A DNA stretch of 64,000 nucleotides, taken from the NCBI GenBank assembly GCA_013359225.1, contig JABWCG010000002.1, positions 49,470 through 113,469 of the forward strand, written 5' to 3'. Positions 58,956-64,000 of the stretch are shown piece by piece. Source of the stretch: Candidatus Buchananbacteria bacterium. GTDB taxonomy: Bacteria > Patescibacteriota > Patescibacteriia > Buchananbacterales > UBA6539. Below the pieces are notes generated by a model, which was not told the origin of the DNA, did no database searches, and was given only the letters and a program-made list of their open reading frames with translations. Each line of letters opens with the position of its first letter. Position 1 is the stretch's first letter. A program made the position numbers and the translations under genes.

Positions 58956-59513
58956 ATGGCGTACCCAATGCCACCAAAAGTTTCTAAACCAGCCGACATG
59001 GCTTCATCACGGCCAGTTGGTTTAGTCGCCAGTCCAAAAACCGGCGGCGGTTCCTGGTTTAAGGGTTTTATCACTTTGATTATTGTCTTGGTAATTATCG
59101 GCGGCGGCGTGTATCTGATTGCCAGTTACACGGGCGTTGGCACCGGTTTGATTCCAGGAACTTCATATTTTCAAAATACATGGCAGGCGGTCTTTTTGAC
59201 CAATGGTCAGGTCTACTTTGGTAAGGTTAGTAAGATTGGATCCGACTCGGTGGTATTGCATGACATCTACTATTTGCAGGTTGTAACCCAGCCATTGCAG
59301 CGCAGCCAAGATGAGCCAGCCCCAACCGAAGAGGAACAGCAGCAGGGTCAGCAGCGTCTGACTTTAATTAAGCTGGGCAATGAATTGCACGGCCCCCGTG
59401 ATGAAATGATTATCAATCGCGATCATGTGATTTTAATGGAAGATCTTAAGGAAGATTCACGAGTGGTTCAGGCCATCAATGATTATATCGCTAATCAGGG
59501 CGAAAATAAATAA
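58956..59513 (+). CDS. Conserved hypothetical membrane-anchored protein
   Basis: WQAVFLTNGQVYFG, DIYYLQ, LIKLGNELHGP; AGGAGG RBS. Confidence 0.75.
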   Translation: MAYPMPPKVSKPADMASSRPVGLVASPKTGGGSWFKGFITLIIVLVIIGGGVYLIASYTGVGTGLIPGTSYFQNTWQAVFLTNGQVYFGKVSKIGSDSVVLHDIYYLQVVTQPLQRSQDEPAPTEEEQQQGQQRLTLIKLGNELHGPRDEMIINRDHVILMEDLKEDSRVVQAINDYIANQGENK

Positions 59514-59625
59514 ACGAAAACATAAAACAGCAGACAGTGGCTCGGTTCAACCGGGCCACTTTTGATTCTTGGTCGATTTTTTAGTATAATAATACTAACA
59601 TTTTGACTATTTTTTTGTTGTTGTC

Positions 59626-60360
59626 ATGAAAAATAAAATAAAAAAATTTTTCGCGTTTTCCTGTATTTTGGTTGTAGGCGTTTTAAGCGTTCCGGCAAAC
59701 ATTTTTGCCCGAACCGAGAGCACTAACTATATCATCTATGCTGATGTTTTTAGTTCTGGTGGTTTAGCAACGTCAAGTTCTGATCTGTATTCATTGTATG
59801 ACACGATTGGTGAGGCAATGATTTTATCGGCAACGTCTGCCTCAACTTTATATGGATTAAAGGCCGGGTTTCAGGAAATGTATCCTGACCAATATATCAC
59901 TTTGAGTATTGCCGATACCGCCATTGAGTTGGGGGCTTTGAGTTCAAGTTCGGCTAAAACTGACAGCAACACCATGGTGGTTGATACTAATGCCTCAAAC
60001 GGTTTTAGCGTCACGGTTTCCGGATCCACATTGACCAGCGGTGCTAATACTATTACAGCCATCGGTGGTACGGCCGCTGCATCGACAGTGGGAAGCGAAC
60101 AGTTTGGAATTAATCTGGTGGCTAACACTTCGCCGGCGATAGGTTTGGCACCGTCCGGTACGGCGCCAATTGGTTCGGCGGCAGGACAGTATGCCATTGC
60201 CAATAGTTTTGCTTTTGCCAGCGGTGACACCGTAGCCTCCTCGGGCTCGGCAATTAATCAGACGACTTTTACGGTTTCATACCTTGCTAACATTTCTGCT
60301 TCAACTGAATCGGGAACATATACTACCACCTTAACGTATTCGGCGACTGCTAATTTTTAA
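59626..60360 (+). CDS. Secreted Ser/Thr-rich protein with a WxL-like C-terminus
   Basis: Signal peptide; ends GTYTTTLTYSATANF. Confidence 0.65.
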   Translation: MKNKIKKFFAFSCILVVGVLSVPANIFARTESTNYIIYADVFSSGGLATSSSDLYSLYDTIGEAMILSATSASTLYGLKAGFQEMYPDQYITLSIADTAIELGALSSSSAKTDSNTMVVDTNASNGFSVTVSGSTLTSGANTITAIGGTAAASTVGSEQFGINLVANTSPAIGLAPSGTAPIGSAAGQYAIANSFAFASGDTVASSGSAINQTTFTVSYLANISASTESGTYTTTLTYSATANF

Positions 60361-60369
60361 ATTTACCCA

Positions 60370-61341
60370 ATGAAGCGCTTTATTTTCATCTGTATTTTTG
60401 CCGTCGGTGTGCTGTTTTTTTCTCCGGCGGCATCAGCCACCACCATATTTTCGCCGATTATTGAACTTGAAGCCGCACCCGGCGAAACGGTTAATGGTTT
60501 GGTGAAGCTGTTTAACGAAACAGCTGAAAATGTGGTTTTATCGTCTGTGGTAGAAGCATTTACCAGCGGGGATGAAACCGGCCAGCCGGTATATTTGCCG
60601 CCGGAAGCGCAGTATGATTATTTGAATTGGTTTGCTGTTGAGCAAAAAGAAATTACTTTAACGCCGCGCCAAGTGGCGTTGGTGCCATTTACCGTTAAAG
60701 TACCGTTTGATGCGGTTCCGGGCGGCTACTATGCTGTGATTTTTTGGCAAACTTCTTTGGCCGGAGAAAACCAGGCACCAGTGGGGATTAATAGCCGGGT
60801 GGGTACGTTAGTTTTTCTAAAAATTTCCGGCGCCGTTACGGAAAGCGGGGAAGTATCTGATTTTGGATTGAAGCAGCCAGACACCTTTTTTGAATTACCG
60901 GTTGATTTTACGGTTCGCTTTACTAATTCCGGAAATATTCACTTGCGGCCGACCGGGACTGTTGAGGTGAAAAATATTTTCGGCCAAAAGCATTATTTGG
61001 AAATAAATCCGGAGCGAAGAAACGTGTTGCCTAATAGTACCCGGCTGTTTGAGGTGGTTTGGGGAAGTGTTGGCAATAACACCAATTTGGTATCGACATT
61101 TTTGACAAAATTAAGCCAGGAGTTTGATTTTTTGGCGATCGGTCCGCATACTGCCACGCTTGAATTGGAGTATGGCTCAACCTCGCCACAGCGTCTGACT
61201 GAAACAATATCTTTTTCGATTTGGCCTTGGCGTTTACTGCTAACCGGCGTGGTGCTTGTTGTAATCGTTGTCTTTTTAATCAGGCTGAATAATAAGATTA
61301 ACCGTTTAAAGAAAAAACTGACCAAGAAAATCAATGAATAG
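60370..61341 (+). CDS. DUF916/WxLIP-like exported protein with a C-terminal TM anchor
   Basis: Signal peptide, PGGYYAVI, NSGNIHLRP, C-terminal TM followed by a basic tail. Confidence 0.6.
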   Translation: MKRFIFICIFAVGVLFFSPAASATTIFSPIIELEAAPGETVNGLVKLFNETAENVVLSSVVEAFTSGDETGQPVYLPPEAQYDYLNWFAVEQKEITLTPRQVALVPFTVKVPFDAVPGGYYAVIFWQTSLAGENQAPVGINSRVGTLVFLKISGAVTESGEVSDFGLKQPDTFFELPVDFTVRFTNSGNIHLRPTGTVEVKNIFGQKHYLEINPERRNVLPNSTRLFEVVWGSVGNNTNLVSTFLTKLSQEFDFLAIGPHTATLELEYGSTSPQRLTETISFSIWPWRLLLTGVVLVVIVVFLIRLNNKINRLKKKLTKKINE

Positions 61342-64000
61342 CAGCCAAGCTAAAAAGATTTTATTTGTAAGTTTTGCCTTGACGGTTGTTTTTGGTTTTA
61401 CTTTATTATCATTAATTTTTTTACCGGTCCGTGCGGCAAGCGTTAATATCAACGCTACGGTTTCCGGCACGAGCGTCTCCTGCGGTAATGGTGTTGCTGA
61501 GGCCGGCGAAGCGTGTGATGGCACAGATGATGCAGACAGTTGTTACAATGGCAGTTGTAACTCTGATTGTACGTGTCCTGTATGTGGTGATAACGCGATT
61601 GAAGCCGGCGAAGAGTGTGAGGCTGATTCTGATTGTGCCTCTGGTGAATTTTGCAATGACAGTTGCGGTTGTCAGGTTGTCGGTCCCAGCTGTATTCCGG
61701 TTGCAACCACCTGTAGTTATGGTGCTTGTGTTGCCGGAACCAAATCGGGCTTTTGCACTAATGGCTGTTCATCTTGGCCGGTTAGCCAGCCGTGCGTAGT
61801 GCCTGGTTGCGGCAATGGTGTTATTGAGGCCGGTGAAGAGTGTGATGACACAAACTTGGTTTCAGGCGACGGCTGTTCGGCTTCGTGTCAATTGGAGTTT
61901 GGTTGCGGCAATGCTTCGATTGATCCTGGTGAGCAGTGTGATGACGGTAATGTCGTTGGCGGTGATTGCTGTTCGGGCTCGTGTCAGAGTGAAATTTTAA
62001 TTACTGGCGTTTCGGTTTCAACAACCAATACGAGCGCTGCGGTTAGCTGGACGACGCCGTGTCAGTCAACCGGGTCATTGTTGGAGTGGGGCAAGACAGT
62101 TGCCGTCAGCGAGGGTTCAGCTAGTTTGTCCGGAGGAAACTATAGTCACGCCATCAACGGATTAACGCCAAATACTGTTTATTTTTACCGTATTACCGCC
62201 ACTAGCGGCTCGTTGCAAGCGGTGCATAACGGTTCTTTTTTGACGACTGGCGGGGTTGAAAATTGTACTAATGGTTTGGACGATGATAATGACGGTTTTT
62301 GTGATTATCCGGCCTCAAATTGTTCGGACAGCTCAACACCGGGCGATCCGGAATGCTCCTGTAGCCCTAATTTTATTTGTACGCCGCAGGCTTGCAATAA
62401 TACCACTGGTAAACAAACTGTTGATTGTGTTGACCAAACTGTTCCAAAGTGCGAAAGCGATTATAGCTATGAGCAGGATTGTGATGTGTGTCCGGGCGTT
62501 ACCTGCGGCCCGTGTCAGGATTTGGACGCCAACAGCTGTTCTTGTGTCGTGCGGCCAAATTGCTGTGGCAACGGCAACTGTGAGCCGCCAGGAGAAGACC
62601 CCTATAGTTGTGTAGTTGACTGTCCGGCTGATTGTCTGTCTGATTGGGAGTGTAGCGATTGGTCACCGGCGGTTTGTCCTACGACCGGAATTCAAACTCG
62701 CGATTGTTTTGATAAAAATGCCTGTCCAGTGCCGATTAATAAACCGGCCACCAGCCAAACTTGCGGCGGGGTCTGTGTTGGCTTAAGTTGCGGCACCTGT
62801 CAGGCGATTGATGCGGCAACGTGTACTTGCGTTGAGCAAGTCACCTGTTGTGGCAATGGCATTTGTGAAAGCGGTGAAAATCATGTTGCTTGCGCCCAGG
62901 ATTGTGTTGAGGCTTGTCAACCGAACTGGACCTGTAACGGCTGGGGAGCGTGTGCTAATGGTGTCCAGAGCCGTGAATGTTATGATTTGAATAATTGCAA
63001 TCTAAACCTTGATCGTCCGCCGGAGGTTAGGGCTTGCGGCGGTGATTGTGAAGTGGCCTGTTCGACTTGTCAGCAGATTGATTTGGGCAGTTGCAGCTGT
63101 TTAGCAACCACTCCTTGTTGTGGTAATAACAGTTGCGAAACTAATGAAACGGTTTGGTCGTGTCCTGTTGACTGTGGATTGCCGCCGGAATTTCGTTTGA
63201 CGCTTACTAAATGTCTTGACGGACTGGACAATGATGGCGACGGTCTGACTGATTATCCGGCCGATCCGGGGTGTACCAAGCCATCTGACAGCAGTGAACT
63301 TAATTTAACGGAAGTATTTAATAATGTTTCAGAAGTTATTTCCGACGTCGTCGTTGATCAGGTTTTAAATAACCCGGTTGTTGAGACGGCCAACGAGACA
63401 ATTGCGCCGGTATTAGTAACGGCGGTTGCGGTTAACACCTTTGCTACTTTTTCTTTCTTCAACTTTTTCTCGTACGTTCAGTTTTTTGTCACCCAACCGT
63501 TTGCAGTGTTGTTCCGTCGTAAGCGTCGCAAGTGGGGAGTTGTTTATAATTCATTAACCAAACAGCCCGTTGATTTGGCGATTGTCCGGTTATATCGAAA
63601 AGACAACGGTCAGCTGGTTCGTTCCCAGGTTACCGACAAAGATGGGCGATATAGTTTCTTGATTGATCCCGGAAAGTATTACATGACGGTCACTAAGCCG
63701 AAGTACGATTTCCCAACACAGCACTTGAAAGATGAAAAAGAAGATGTGCGCTACCTTGATTTGTATCACGGCGAAGACGTTGACGTCACCGAACAGCGAG
63801 CGGACATTACGGCCAATATTCCCATTGATCCGATTGTGGAAGAAAAGCCAGTGGCGCGGGTTATTTTGCAGTACTATTTACGCAAAGTCCAGTACATTGC
63901 CGCTTTTTCAGCCATACCATTGGCTGCAATTTCGATGATTATTAGTCCTGGAACGCTGACGTTTGTGATGTTTGGGTTTCATTGTTTGCTGTATGTGTTA
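61334..64000 (+). CDS. Large Cys-rich surface protein, 3' partial (absent from the ORF track)
   Basis: ATG at 61334, frame open to the window end; CGNGxxExGExCDD repeats (Myxococcus Cys-rich/DUF4215 type), FN3 domain, WxCxxW TSP1-like repeats, DxDxDG motifs, TM segments, carboxypeptidase-regulatory-like domain. Confidence 0.85.
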   Translation, partial: MNSSQAKKILFVSFALTVVFGFTLLSLIFLPVRAASVNINATVSGTSVSCGNGVAEAGEACDGTDDADSCYNGSCNSDCTCPVCGDNAIEAGEECEADSDCASGEFCNDSCGCQVVGPSCIPVATTCSYGACVAGTKSGFCTNGCSSWPVSQPCVVPGCGNGVIEAGEECDDTNLVSGDGCSASCQLEFGCGNASIDPGEQCDDGNVVGGDCCSGSCQSEILITGVSVSTTNTSAAVSWTTPCQSTGSLLEWGKTVAVSEGSASLSGGNYSHAINGLTPNTVYFYRITATSGSLQAVHNGSFLTTGGVENCTNGLDDDNDGFCDYPASNCSDSSTPGDPECSCSPNFICTPQACNNTTGKQTVDCVDQTVPKCESDYSYEQDCDVCPGVTCGPCQDLDANSCSCVVRPNCCGNGNCEPPGEDPYSCVVDCPADCLSDWECSDWSPAVCPTTGIQTRDCFDKNACPVPINKPATSQTCGGVCVGLSCGTCQAIDAATCTCVEQVTCCGNGICESGENHVACAQDCVEACQPNWTCNGWGACANGVQSRECYDLNNCNLNLDRPPEVRACGGDCEVACSTCQQIDLGSCSCLATTPCCGNNSCETNETVWSCPVDCGLPPEFRLTLTKCLDGLDNDGDGLTDYPADPGCTKPSDSSELNLTEVFNNVSEVISDVVVDQVLNNPVVETANETIAPVLVTAVAVNTFATFSFFNFFSYVQFFVTQPFAVLFRRKRRKWGVVYNSLTKQPVDLAIVRLYRKDNGQLVRSQVTDKDGRYSFLIDPGKYYMTVTKPKYDFPTQHLKDEKEDVRYLDLYHGEDVDVTEQRADITANIPIDPIVEEKPVARVILQYYLRKVQYIAAFSAIPLAAISMIISPGTLTFVMFGFHCLLYVL

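Noticed and set aside
61431-63938. Several short ORFs listed in the track
   Set aside because: They are alternative frames of one long Cys-rich ORF starting at 61334 that has no stop within the window.
1-64000. CRISPR array, cas genes, IS transposases, reverse transcriptase/retron, rRNA
   Set aside because: No regularly spaced repeats or corresponding protein or RNA motifs were seen; short or degenerate arrays could be missed by eye.

Overview
A 64 kb bacterial chromosomal segment. Gene content and style (TrbC/VirB2-like pilin, many ORFans, near-leaderless genes, fermentative pyk/ppsA) suggest a Patescibacteria/CPR genome; this is an inference. Housekeeping genes recognised are pnp (partial), a DksA/TraR protein, lspA, comM, rmuC, groES-groEL with a CIRCE element, pyk, ppsA, lgt, nrdAB, and smpB-tmRNA-infC-rpmI-rplT-tRNA-Asp. 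The most notable region is an ~8.2 kb element integrated at the 3' end of tRNA-Asp(GTC), bounded by a 10-bp direct repeat at 47384 and 55558. It carries (i) a three-gene operon joining a stand-alone DruA/DUF4338-like protein to a NurA nuclease and a HerA ATPase, a candidate undescribed defence system; (ii) a large serine recombinase whose C-terminal tail would be swapped by integration or excision; (iii) a thermonuclease lipoprotein; and (iv) two structured non-coding regions. Outside the island there is an unexplained ~380-nt structured RNA with a consensus promoter (2501-2917), a Chlamydia-type class Ic (Mn/Fe) ribonucleotide reductase, and a WxL-like surface operon ending in a large Cys-rich protein that runs off the window. 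All calls come from reading motifs by eye; no database searches or folding programs were run.
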